From Cupriavidus necator (lineage in GTDB: Bacteria; Pseudomonadota; Gammaproteobacteria; Burkholderiales; Burkholderiaceae): 32,000 nucleotides of DNA. Of this stretch, positions 17,177-26,682 are shown in pieces; the stretch's first letter is position 1; each line of letters starts with the position of its first letter. The stretch covers positions 3,870,001 through 3,902,000 of the forward strand of contig NZ_CP066018.1 in the NCBI RefSeq assembly GCF_016127575.1. Reading direction: 5' to 3'. Made by a program: the position numbers and the translations under genes. The notes below the pieces were generated by a model. That model made no database searches and was not told the DNA's origin. It was given only the letters and a program-made list of their open reading frames with translations.

Positions 17177-17869
17177 TCAGTCCCCCTTCGCGGTGTGCAG
17201 CATGGCATGCTGGTCTTCGAGCCAGTTCTGCACCTCGAGCACGTCGAGCACGTCGGCGTATTTCAGCATCAGGTCGGTCAGGTTGGCGAAGTGGTAGCTC
17301 TCATGCTTGTCGGCCACGCACTGCTCCGGCACGATGGTGCGATACCCGCGTGACAGCGAATCCACCGCCGTGGCGCGCACGCAGCCCGAGGTGGAGCCGC
17401 CGGTGATGACCACGGTATCCACCTGGTGCCACACCAGCAACGACTGCAGCTGGGTCTCGAAGAACGCCGACGGCATCTTCTTGCAATAGACCACGTCGCG
17501 CACCGGATCGACGTCGACGCGGCTGTCGAACTGCGCGCGCTCCGACCCATGCTTGATGTTCTGCAGCGAATCCGGCGTATCGGTGCGGGTGCCCCAGATG
17601 CCCGCATCCTCGCCGGACGCCATGTACGCCACCCGCGTCCACACCACCGGCCAGCCCAGCGCCCGGAAGCGCCGCGCCAGCCCGTTGATATGCGCCAGCT
17701 GCGCGGGATCGGTCTCGTACGCGGTCTTGAAGCGGTCGGTGCAGGTGTAGGCGTTCTGCAGGTCGATATTGACCAGCACCGCCTTGCGCCCGAAGCCGAA
17801 GCGCGCCCGGCTGGGGTTGGCCCTGACCTCCTGCCAGATCTGGCGCGCGGTCTTGTCTGACAATTCCAT
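17177..17869 (-). CDS. Isochorismatase-family cysteine amidohydrolase (NicF / RutB / N-carbamoylsarcosine amidase / biuret hydrolase type)
   Basis: It has ..AVLVNIDLQNAY.. (Asp), ..VVYCKKMPSAFF.. (Lys) and ..VITGGSTSGCVRATAVD.. (nucleophile Cys). These match the D-K-C triad pattern of the family. GGAG lies 7 nt upstream. Confidence 0.85.
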   Translation of the reverse strand: MELSDKTARQIWQEVRANPSRARFGFGRKAVLVNIDLQNAYTCTDRFKTAYETDPAQLAHINGLARRFRALGWPVVWTRVAYMASGEDAGIWGTRTDTPDSLQNIKHGSERAQFDSRVDVDPVRDVVYCKKMPSAFFETQLQSLLVWHQVDTVVITGGSTSGCVRATAVDSLSRGYRTIVPEQCVADKHESYHFANLTDLMLKYADVLDVLEVQNWLEDQHAMLHTAKGD

Positions 17870-17915
17870 CGGTTTGACTCCGTTCTTTGCTTCTCTGATT
17901 GCTGGATGGGTACGC

Positions 17916-18621
<706 letters not shown>

Positions 18622-18629
<8 letters not shown>

Positions 18630-19389
18630 GGGCGGCCGCCTCCTGCTGCGCGCCGATGCGCTGCGCCATGCCGTGGCCCAGGTAGGCCTCGATCACCTGC
18701 GGGTCGCGCGTCACCTGCGCGGGCGAACCCTGCGCGATCAGCCGGCCGCCGGCCAGCACGAATACGTCCTGCGCCAGGTTCATCACCGCCTGCATCACGT
18801 GCTCGATCATCACGACGGTCACGCCGTCGTCGCAGATGCCGCGCACCACCGGGATCATCGCGGCGATTTCGCCGGGGTTGAGCCCGGCCAGCACCTCGTC
18901 CAGCAGCAGCACGCGCGGCCGCGTGGCCAGTGCGCGCGCCAGCTCCAGGCGCTTGCGCCCGGCCACGGTCAGGCTCGAAGCGCTCTTGTGCAGCTGGTCT
19001 TCCAGCCCGACCCGGCGGGCCACTTCATCGGCGTGTGCCAGCGCCACATTGCGGCCGCGCACATGCAGGTGCGCGCCGACCGCGATGTTCTCGCGCACGG
19101 TCTGCCCGGCAAACGGCTGCACGATCTGGAAGGTGCGCGCCAGCCCGAGCCGGCAGATGACATGAGGCGCGAGCCCGTTGAGGGTGCGGCCTTCCAGCTC
19201 CACCGTGCCCTGCGTGGGCGCGAGGAAGCCGGACAGCATGCCGAACAGGGTCGACTTGCCGGCGCCGTTGGGGCCGATCAGGCCGGTGATGCGGCCGCGC
19301 GCAATGGACAGGTTCACGTCCTGCACCGCCGCCAGGCCGCCGAAGCGGATCGACAGTCCGTGGGTCGAAAGTATGGTCTGCATCGTCAT
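18622..19389 (-). CDS. HAAT-family ABC transporter ATP-binding protein (LivG-like)
   Basis: It has Walker A (GPNGAGKST), Walker B (VLLLDEVLAG) and the LivG-type C-terminal extension. Confidence 0.9.
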
Positions 19390-19399
19390 TTCCCTTGCC

Positions 19400-20365
19400 T
19401 TATGCCCTCGCCTTGCGCACCGATCCGGCCGCCCCGGCCAGGCCCTGCGGCAGGAACATCACCATCAGCACCAGCAGCGCGCCGTAGATCACCAGGCTCA
19501 CGCCCGGCACATCGCCCAGCGCATTGCGCGTCAGCTCGTTGAGCAGCTGCAGCGCCAGCGCGCCGAGCAGCGGGCCGAACACCGTGGCGGTGCCGCCGAT
19601 CACCGCCCCAACCAGCGCGGCCACCGAAAAGGCCGGACCGTAGGCGATATGCGGATCGAGGTATTGCAGGTACTGCGTATAAAAAACGCCGGCCGCCGCC
19701 ATCAGCGCCGCGGACATGGCAATGGCTACCAACTTGACGCGCAGCACGTCGATGCCGAGCGCCTTCGCCGCGTCCTCACTGTCCCGCACCGCCATCAGAC
19801 AGGCACCGAAGCGCGACCTGCGCAGCCACCACGAGAGGAGAAGGCCCGCGGCGACGAACGTCAGGATGAACCAGAGGTAGCCAGCCTTGCCGGCAAACTG
19901 GAGATGCAAGGCACCGGGCTGCAACGGCAACTGCATGCCTGCACCGGCACCGGTAAAACCGACCGCATTGGCCACGATGCGCAGCACCTCGGCCACCGCC
20001 AGCGTCGCCAGCGAGAAGTACGAACCCTTGAGCCCGTAGCGGAACGACAGCACGCCCACGCCGACGCCGGCGAGCGCGCCGACGCCGGTCGCCAGCACCA
20101 GCGCCAGCCACGCATTCATGCCGAACGCGACCTGCAAGATCGCCATGGCATAGGCGCCGGTGCCGAAGAACGCCGCGTGGCCGAACGAGAACTGCCCGCC
20201 AAAGCCGCCGAGGATGTTCCACGACTGCGCCATCAGCGTCATCAGCAGCACCATCACCAGCAGGTTCAGCGCGAAGCCGGAGGACAGCCACAGCGGCGCC
20301 GCGGCAAAGCCGGCCAGAACGATGGCGATCCAGCCGAGCGTGGGAAGAGAAGAAATTCGATTCAT
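19400..20365 (-). CDS. HAAT-family ABC transporter permease (LivM-like)
   Basis: 321-aa polytopic hydrophobic ORF containing ..SFGHAAFFGTGAY... GAGGAG lies upstream. Confidence 0.9.
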   Translation of the reverse strand: MNRISSLPTLGWIAIVLAGFAAAPLWLSSGFALNLLVMVLLMTLMAQSWNILGGFGGQFSFGHAAFFGTGAYAMAILQVAFGMNAWLALVLATGVGALAGVGVGVLSFRYGLKGSYFSLATLAVAEVLRIVANAVGFTGAGAGMQLPLQPGALHLQFAGKAGYLWFILTFVAAGLLLSWWLRRSRFGACLMAVRDSEDAAKALGIDVLRVKLVAIAMSAALMAAAGVFYTQYLQYLDPHIAYGPAFSVAALVGAVIGGTATVFGPLLGALALQLLNELTRNALGDVPGVSLVIYGALLVLMVMFLPQGLAGAAGSVRKARA

Positions 20366-20380
20366 GTCAGGCTCCTCGAG

Positions 20381-21253
20381 TCACGCCTTCGCGCCGAACA
20401 GGCCCTGCGGACGGAACAGCAGCACCAGGATGAAGATCAGGAAAATGCCGACCTGGCCCAGGCTGTCGCCCAGCCACAGGCCGCCCAGTGACTCGACCAC
20501 GCCGATCAGCAGGCCGCCCCACAGCGCCCCGGCGAAGCTGCCCATGCCACCCAGCACGACCACGGTGAAGGCGATCAGCACGAAGCCGTCGCCGACGCGC
20601 GGATTGACGTAGTAGGCCGGCAGCAGGAAGCAGGCGGCCGCGCCCAGGCAGGCCAGGCCGATGCCGAAACTGAGCGCATAGACGCGCTCGACATCGATGC
20701 CGACCACGCGCGCGCCCTGCTTTTCCCTGGCCACCGCGCGGATGGCGCGGCCCAGCGTGGTGCGCCGGATCATCAGCATCAGCAGGCCGCAGGCCAACAG
20801 TGCGCCGGCGAAGGCGATCACCTTGGGCAGCGCGATCGATGCACCCAGCAGCTCGACGGTGGACAGCGCATAGGGCGTGTCGATGGTGTAGGTGTCGGAG
20901 CGGAACAGGTACAGCGCCAGGTTCTCCAGCACGATCGAGATGCCCAGCGTGACCAGCAGCACGTTCTGCTCGTTGCCGCGACTTGCCCGCGCGATCAGGT
21001 GGCGCTGCAGCAGGTAGCCCGCGGCGAACATGGCCGGCAGCATCACCAGCAGCGCCGCGTAGGGATCGACATGGAGCCGGGTAAAGAGGAAATAGACGCC
21101 ATACAGCGCCGCCATCAGCGCGGCGCCGTGGGCGAAGTTGACGATATGGAGCACGCCGTAGATCAGCGTCAGGCCCAGCGCGACCAGGGCATAGATCGCC
21201 CCGGTGGTCAGGCCGTTGAGCCAGGAGGCCCAGAGTATCGGGATATCGAACAT
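20381..21253 (-). CDS. HAAT-family ABC transporter permease (LivH-like)
   Basis: MFDIPILWASWLNGLTTGAIYALVALGLTLIYGVLHIVNFAHG.. is the typical LivH N-terminus. The ATG at 21253 has a GAGGAA SD. Confidence 0.9.
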   Translation of the reverse strand: MFDIPILWASWLNGLTTGAIYALVALGLTLIYGVLHIVNFAHGAALMAALYGVYFLFTRLHVDPYAALLVMLPAMFAAGYLLQRHLIARASRGNEQNVLLVTLGISIVLENLALYLFRSDTYTIDTPYALSTVELLGASIALPKVIAFAGALLACGLLMLMIRRTTLGRAIRAVAREKQGARVVGIDVERVYALSFGIGLACLGAAACFLLPAYYVNPRVGDGFVLIAFTVVVLGGMGSFAGALWGGLLIGVVESLGGLWLGDSLGQVGIFLIFILVLLFRPQGLFGAKA

Positions 21254-21286
21254 GTAATGCGTTCCTCGCGGCAACAGGAGTCCAGC

Positions 21287-21308
21287 GTCGGGAAGCGGGC
21301 TTCCCGAC
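21287..21308 (-). other. Intercistronic stem-loop between the binding-protein and permease genes
   Basis: GTCGGGAAGC GG GCTTCCCGAC, a 9-10 bp stem. It lies inside the 104-bp gap, the largest in the operon. Confidence 0.5.
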
Positions 21309-21357
21309 CGTAGCGACTAGGGATAAACGGCGTACCGGCGCGACCGGCGTGAAGCGC

Positions 21358-22575
21358 TTAGCTGGCCGGCAGCGGGAACACCGCGTCGACCTGCCGGTAG
21401 GCGTTGGGGAAGACCACCTTGATGTCGCCATCCACCACCTGCGTCAGCAGCGGCTGCGCGCCGGTGTTCTGGCCGTTGACGAAGCGCGTCGGCCCGTACG
21501 GCATGAAGTGGCTGCTGAAGCTGCTGCTGGCGAGCGCTTCGATCACGCGCTCGCGCTGCGCCGAGCCGGCGCGCTCAATGCTGTCGGCCAGCAGCATGGT
21601 GGACGCATAGGTGCAGAAAACCTCGTAGGTAAAGAACAGGCCGCTGGCCTCAACGCGCTTGCGCAGCGCAATGGCGCGAGGATCCCTGGGGTTGTACCAG
21701 TGGTTGCAGTCCAGCACATGCTGCGCCGCCGCCGGGAACTCCTTGATGAACTTGAAGCTCGACGCCGCGCCGCCCAGCACCGAGTAGACCGCCTTGGGCC
21801 GGAACTTCTGCTGCTGCATGGTGCGCATCAGCAGGGCGTACTCGTTGTAGTAGTTGGCCGCGATCACGATGTCCGGATCGGCCGCCTTCATGCGTAGCAC
21901 GATATTGCTGAAGTCGCGCGTCGGGTTGGCGTGCTTGACCACCTCCTTCACCTCGAAACCGAACTCCGGCAGGCGCTGGCTCAGCAGCTTGGCCGTGCCA
22001 CTGCCGAACAGCGATTCCTCGTGGATGATCATCGCCGTGCGCGCGCGGTTGCCGCTGAGCTGGTTGAGCGTGCGCAGGTTGCTCATCGCGGTTTCGGTGG
22101 CGACCTTGTAGCCGGGGCCGAAGCGGAACGTGTTGGTCAGGCCGCGCTCGACGATGGCATCGGCCACGCCCACGTCGACCACATGCGCCAGGCCATGCCG
22201 CGCCGCCGCCTGCGTGGTGGCCAGGCAGATCGCGCTGGCATAGGCGCCGACCACGGCGCTGACGCCGGCCTCGTTCATCTTCTCGACTTCGGCCGCGCCG
22301 ATCTCCGGCTGCGACTGGGCATCGCCCAGCACCGCTTCCAGCCTGGCGCCGCCCAGCGACTTGATACCGCCGGCGGCGTTGATGTCGGCGATCGCCAGCA
22401 GCGCGCCGGCACGGCATTGCGTGCCGGAAAACGCCAGCGCTCCGGTGACCGGATGCAGCACGCCGATGCGCACCGGCCTGGGCTGGGCCCGTCCGATCTG
22501 CGGCGCCAGCGCACCGGCGCCAAGCAGCGCGGCCTGGCCCAGGAACCGGCGTCTTGCCGGATAAGTCTTGGTCAT
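21358..22575 (-). CDS. HAAT-family periplasmic substrate-binding protein (type I PBP, LivK/AmiC/UrtA superfamily)
   Basis: MTKTYPARRRFLGQAALLGAGALAPQIGRAQ is a Tat-like signal, followed by ..VRIGVLHPVTGALAFSG... The ATG at 22575 has a GGGAGGAGA SD. Confidence 0.9.
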   Translation of the reverse strand: MTKTYPARRRFLGQAALLGAGALAPQIGRAQPRPVRIGVLHPVTGALAFSGTQCRAGALLAIADINAAGGIKSLGGARLEAVLGDAQSQPEIGAAEVEKMNEAGVSAVVGAYASAICLATTQAAARHGLAHVVDVGVADAIVERGLTNTFRFGPGYKVATETAMSNLRTLNQLSGNRARTAMIIHEESLFGSGTAKLLSQRLPEFGFEVKEVVKHANPTRDFSNIVLRMKAADPDIVIAANYYNEYALLMRTMQQQKFRPKAVYSVLGGAASSFKFIKEFPAAAQHVLDCNHWYNPRDPRAIALRKRVEASGLFFTYEVFCTYASTMLLADSIERAGSAQRERVIEALASSSFSSHFMPYGPTRFVNGQNTGAQPLLTQVVDGDIKVVFPNAYRQVDAVFPLPAS

Positions 22576-22600
22576 TTCTGTCTCCTCCCGATTTCTTGGA

Positions 22601-23383
22601 TCACCGCGTCGCGGTGGATAGGTCGCGCGCAAGCCAGATACGCGCCTTGTCTTCGCCAGCGCGCGTCAGCGCCATGCGGTAGTCGTAGCATTGCGGGCGA
22701 TACAGGCCGCTGAGCCACTGGACCGGGTTGCCGTCGACATCGCGCACCACGCGCACCACCGACAGCAGCGCCGCACCCACCGGCTCGTCCAGCAGCGCCG
22801 CGGCCTGCGCGTCGGCCAGGCAGCAGGACAGCGTCTGGTCGGCGTGGCCGATGCGAACCCCGCCGTCTTCCAGCAGCGCCAGCATGGGCTGCTGCTGCAG
22901 CGCGCCCGGTGTCAGCAACAGCGCCACGTGCGGCGGCGACCATGTCGTGATCAGCGAGACCGGTTCGTCCCGGTGCAGGCGCACGCGCATCACGTGCAGG
23001 GCTTCGTCCCGCTCCGCCAGCCGCAGCGCCTCCCGGACGTGCGTGGGGCAGCTCCGCATGCCGAAATCGACCACCCGCACCGAGGTGCCGGCGACGACTT
23101 CGAGCAGGCTGTCGAGCAGGCCGCACATCTGCGCTGGTGGCCTGTTCAGCCGAACCTGCTCGATATTGACGAATGTCCCCTGCCCGGGCCGCCGGTAGAT
23201 CAGGCCTTCCTGGAGCAGCTCGGCTAACGCCCGCCGCACCGTCACCCGCGCCACGCGATACTGCTCCATCAAGCGGAACTCGGCCGGCAGCCCGCTCTCG
23301 TCGTATAACCCGTTCAGGATTTTCTGCCGCAGCACCAGGTAAATGCGGTGATACCGCGGCATCGGCGAATTTTGGTTTCCCAT
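22601..23383 (-). CDS. GntR-family transcriptional regulator, HutC subfamily (wHTH + UTRA effector domain)
   Basis: It has ..LPAEFRLMEQYRVARVTVRRALAELLQEGLIYRRPGQGTFV.. and a UTRA-like C-terminal half. It lies 25 nt upstream of, and co-directional with, the transporter genes. The start could be 23383 or the ATG at 23362. Neither has a good SD. Confidence 0.85.
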   Translation of the reverse strand: MGNQNSPMPRYHRIYLVLRQKILNGLYDESGLPAEFRLMEQYRVARVTVRRALAELLQEGLIYRRPGQGTFVNIEQVRLNRPPAQMCGLLDSLLEVVAGTSVRVVDFGMRSCPTHVREALRLAERDEALHVMRVRLHRDEPVSLITTWSPPHVALLLTPGALQQQPMLALLEDGGVRIGHADQTLSCCLADAQAAALLDEPVGAALLSVVRVVRDVDGNPVQWLSGLYRPQCYDYRMALTRAGEDKARIWLARDLSTATR

Positions 23384-23495
23384 AAATGGCGGCTGCTATC
23401 TTTCGACCCGTTGAAATTTATCGGTTCACCGACATCGGATACTTCCCGTTCAGGCCAATTAGTCAAGGGAATATCGGCTCTGAAGCATGGACCGA

Positions 23496-23543
23496 AAGAT
23501 ATATCAGTATTATTGTCGCTTCAATAGGACAACTAATAGGACA
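23496..23543 (-). promoter_or_regulatory. Candidate promoter and operator of the GntR-headed operon
   Basis: Minus strand: TTGAAG (23524-23519), a 17-nt spacer, then TATCTT (23501-23496). The direct repeat AATAGGACA sits at 23523-23531 and 23535-23543. The inverted repeat TTGTC-N10-GACAA spans 23513-23532. All lie within the only AT-rich tract of the window. Confidence 0.25.
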
Positions 23544-23691
23544 TCGTAGATATTTTCCCCAATGAGACATGGAATGAAAGCCAGCCCTTAATAAAAAGTC
23601 AGGGGTCGTCCGGATTACTCAGTAAATGCTTCAGACGTTCCGGAAACACCAGCGCGAGCCGGACAGCGCCAGGCATGGCGCACCAACAAAA

Positions 23692-23714
23692 AGCCCCGCC
23701 ATCAAGGCGGGGCT
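23692..23714 (-). terminator. Rho-independent terminator of the upstream alpha/beta-hydrolase gene
   Basis: The minus strand reads AGCCCCGCC TTGAT GGCGGGGCT followed by TTTTTGTTGG. It is about 50 nt downstream of the stop at 23764. Confidence 0.8.
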
Positions 23715-23763
23715 GAAAGCTGCTGACTGGGGTTTCGTTGGCGGCCCGAACGACATCTGGCAG

Positions 23764-24711
23764 CTACCCCGGCAGCGCACTCCGGATCAGCAGGTTGACG
23801 CGTTCCGGCTGCTCATGGATCACCCAGTGCGTGCCCTCGGGGATGCGTTCCAGGCGCAGGTCAGGCACGAAGTCGCCCAGCCCGTCCACCAGCGACTTCG
23901 GCAGCGCGCGGTCGCGTTCGCCCCAGATCACCAGCGTGGGGACCTTGACCACAAACGCGGCCGGATCCAGGCGCGAGATATCGGGCGGCGGCTCGCCCTC
24001 GCCCGGCGGGTGCATGGGCGAGGCGCGGTAGAAATTGACGCCGCCGGTGAGCGGATGGACGCCGGCGTCCTGGCCTTCGCCCGGCTGGGACCATGCCGCG
24101 TGGTACCTGGCGCGCGTCTCCGGCGTGTACCATGCCGCCGGCTTGCCGTCGGCATCGGCAAGCATCCGGTCCAGCAGCGCGAAGTCGTTGGCGGCCAGCG
24201 CCTTTTCCGAGCCCGGCTTGCGCAGCCAGTTCATGTAGGCGGAAGCGGCCTGCTGCTCGGGATCGGTGGCCAGCGCGCGCGCAAACAGGTACGGATGCGG
24301 CGAGTTGACGATGACGAGCTGGCGCACCAGCTGCGGGAACTGGATCGCCAGGTTCCAGCAGATCGCCCCGCCCCAGTCGTGCGCCACCACCACGGCCTGG
24401 TCATAGCCCAGCGCGCTGACCAGCTGCACCAGGTCTTCGACGATATGGCGCGGCCGGTAGGCCTCGACCTCGGCGGGCTTGCTCGACAGGTTGTAGCCGC
24501 GCAGGTCCGGCGCCACGGCAAAATGCGTGCGTCCGAACTCGGCCAGCTGGGCCTCCCATTCGAACCAGAATTCAGGAAAGCCGTGCACGAACAGCATCAG
24601 CGGCTTGCCGCGCTCGCCCGCGCTGGCGTAGTGCAGGCGGGTGCCGTTGGGCAGCGTGGCGTACTGCAGGTGGCGGATCACGGCGGCGGGGGCAGCCATG
24701 TTGTTCTCCAT
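23764..24711 (-). CDS. Alpha/beta hydrolase, epoxide-hydrolase / haloalkane-dehalogenase-like
   Basis: It has ..LMLFVHGFPEFWFEWEAQ.. and ..VVVAHDWGGAI.. (Asp nucleophile motif). The ATG at 24711 has a GAGGAGG SD. The longer track ORF adds a Ser/Pro/Arg-rich extension. Confidence 0.85.
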   Translation of the reverse strand: MENNMAAPAAVIRHLQYATLPNGTRLHYASAGERGKPLMLFVHGFPEFWFEWEAQLAEFGRTHFAVAPDLRGYNLSSKPAEVEAYRPRHIVEDLVQLVSALGYDQAVVVAHDWGGAICWNLAIQFPQLVRQLVIVNSPHPYLFARALATDPEQQAASAYMNWLRKPGSEKALAANDFALLDRMLADADGKPAAWYTPETRARYHAAWSQPGEGQDAGVHPLTGGVNFYRASPMHPPGEGEPPPDISRLDPAAFVVKVPTLVIWGERDRALPKSLVDGLGDFVPDLRLERIPEGTHWVIHEQPERVNLLIRSALPG

Positions 24712-24745
24712 ATGCGGTCCTCCTCGTTGTGGCGTTGTGCTGGCG

Positions 24746-25648
24746 TCAGCCGCGCAGCGCGGCAACGAGGCCCGCGCGGACCTCGGGCTTGTCGGCAAAC
24801 GGATCGCCGGGATTGCGCTGCCCGACGATGTCCTCGAAGCGCTGGCGCACGGGGGCGAGCGCCTGGGGGTGGGAATAAATATAGAAGCTTTCGTCGCGGA
24901 TGGCATCGAAGGTCAGCTGCGCGACCTCGGCGGCGGTCACCTTGCCGGAGCCGACGGCCTTGTCCGACAAGGCCTGCGACACCAGCTGCGAACGCGTCGG
25001 CGGCGCCTGGTTGGCCAGGTCGGCGGGCCGGTTGCGCTGGGACTGGTTGATGCCGGTGGGCACAAAGTACGGGCACAGCACCGAGCAGCGCACCTGCTCC
25101 GTCACCAGGCCCAGGTCCTGGTACAGGGTTTCGGTCAACGCCACCACCGCGTGCTTGGACACGTTGTACACGCCCATTGCCGGCGGGTTCAGCAAGCCCG
25201 CCATCGACGCCGTGTTGACGATATGGCCCTGGTAGGCCGGATCCTTCTCCGCCGCGGCCAGCATCAGCGGCGTGAAGATGCGCACGCCGTGCACGACGCC
25301 GTACAGGTTGACGCCCAGCACCCACTCCCAGTCCTTCTCGGAGTTCTCCCAGATCAGGCCGCCCGCGCCCACGCCGGCGTTATTGAACAGCAGGTTGACC
25401 TGGCCGAAGGCCTCGATGGCGGCATCGGCCAGCGCCTGCACCTGGTCGGCACGCGAGACGTCCGTGCGCAACCCGATCACCGGCACATTGCGTGCCTTGA
25501 ATTCCGCCACGGTCGCGTCCAGCGCGTCTTCCTGCACATCCGCCAGCACCAGCTTCATGCCGAGGTCGGCGGCAATGTGGGCAAACTCCTTGCCGAAACC
25601 CGAGGCGCCGCCGGTAATGACAGCCACCTTGTTGGAGAAGTCCTTCAT
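24746..25648 (-). CDS. Short-chain dehydrogenase/reductase (classical SDR)
   Basis: It has the ..VAVITGGASGFGKE.. cofactor motif, ..NTASMAG.. and ..YNVSKHAV.. (YxxxK). Confidence 0.85.
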   Translation of the reverse strand: MKDFSNKVAVITGGASGFGKEFAHIAADLGMKLVLADVQEDALDATVAEFKARNVPVIGLRTDVSRADQVQALADAAIEAFGQVNLLFNNAGVGAGGLIWENSEKDWEWVLGVNLYGVVHGVRIFTPLMLAAAEKDPAYQGHIVNTASMAGLLNPPAMGVYNVSKHAVVALTETLYQDLGLVTEQVRCSVLCPYFVPTGINQSQRNRPADLANQAPPTRSQLVSQALSDKAVGSGKVTAAEVAQLTFDAIRDESFYIYSHPQALAPVRQRFEDIVGQRNPGDPFADKPEVRAGLVAALRG

Positions 25649-25707
25649 ATCGTCTGTCCTGTCGCGTGATTCGTTTTGGGAAACGGCGGGCCGTGTGCCA
25701 TGCGCGC

Positions 25708-26643
25708 TCAGGCGGCGCGCTGCACCTGGTAGCCCTGCCGCGGGAAATGCACATTGAGCGCGCCGGCGCGCGGGTCCTGGCGGCGCAGCGTGACGCGGCG
25801 CGCGCTCAGCGCCAGCAGCACGCCGGCCACCGGGTCGCGCGCATAGTCGGTCGGCGTGACGGTGACGGCGTCGCCGGCCTGCAGGCCGGCATCCACGACC
25901 ACGCCCTCATCCAGCGCCAGCGGATCGGCACTGCGCGCGGCGCCGATCGCGTCCTCGCTGTCGATCACGCGCGGCCGGCCATGGCCGAAGGTGTTCATGC
26001 GCGCATACCAGGCCTGCAAGCGCGGATAAGCCTCCAGCAGCTGCGCCAGCGCGCCGGCGCGGCGGATAAACCAGAGGTTGTGGTACAGCGAGAAATCGGC
26101 AACCGACAGCGCCGGCCCGGCCACATGCCCGATCCCGGCAGCGAACTGCGTTTCCAGTTGGCCGAACGTTTCATGCAGCAGCGCGGTGGCTTCGGGCAAC
26201 GGCATGCGCAGCGCATTGGTGTCGCCACGCATGGCCTTGCGGTCCGCGCTGAAGGCCTGGACCTGCGCCGGCGACAGGTGGCCCAGCATGCTGGCAACGC
26301 CGGCCGGCTGGAACACATAGGTCACCGATGCCGTGAACAGCGCCGCATCGAACCAGGCTGCCGCGACCCGCGCCGCCGCGGCCTGGGCCGGCGGATACAG
26401 CGCCGGCGCGGGCGCCAGCGCGTCCAGCACCTCGCAGATCAGCGCGGTATCGCAGTAGATATCGGCACCGACCTGCAGCACCGGCGTGCGGCGGTAGCCG
26501 CCGGTCAGCGCCAGCAGGTCAGGCTTGGGCAGGATGGCGGGGATTTCCACCGCGTGCCAGGCCAGTCCCTTGGCGCCCAGCAGCAGGCGGACCTTCTCGG
26601 AGAATGGCGAAGTTGCGTACTGGTGAAGAATGATGTCGGCCAT
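25708..26643 (-). CDS. Glutathione S-transferase-family protein with an extra C-terminal domain of about 90 aa
   Basis: The N-terminus ..ILHQYATSPFSEKVRLLLGAKGL.. is a thioredoxin-like GST start, and ..RRTPVLQVGADIYCDTALI.. follows. The start is either 26643 or 26658. Confidence 0.75.
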   Translation of the reverse strand: MADIILHQYATSPFSEKVRLLLGAKGLAWHAVEIPAILPKPDLLALTGGYRRTPVLQVGADIYCDTALICEVLDALAPAPALYPPAQAAAARVAAAWFDAALFTASVTYVFQPAGVASMLGHLSPAQVQAFSADRKAMRGDTNALRMPLPEATALLHETFGQLETQFAAGIGHVAGPALSVADFSLYHNLWFIRRAGALAQLLEAYPRLQAWYARMNTFGHGRPRVIDSEDAIGAARSADPLALDEGVVVDAGLQAGDAVTVTPTDYARDPVAGVLLALSARRVTLRRQDPRAGALNVHFPRQGYQVQRAA

Positions 26644-26682
26644 GCGATCCAACTCCATGTTTGCCAGCGGGTGCCGTGCGGT

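Noticed and set aside
23463-23570. A 35-codon minus-strand ORF (MSHWGKYLRCPISCPIEATIILIYLSVHASEPIFP) inside the AT-rich leader of the GntR operon, considered as a possible leader peptide.
   Set aside because: It has no Shine-Dalgarno sequence upstream (..GGCTTTCATTCC-ATG), and its codon usage is unlike every real gene in the window. It would start upstream of the candidate promoter. It is most likely a chance ORF in AT-rich DNA.
23384-23640. The AT-rich tract as the border of a genomic island or mobile element.
   Set aside because: There is no integrase, transposase, tRNA gene or flanking direct repeat. The genes on both sides have the same GC3-rich codon usage as the rest of the window. A promoter or regulatory region explains it.
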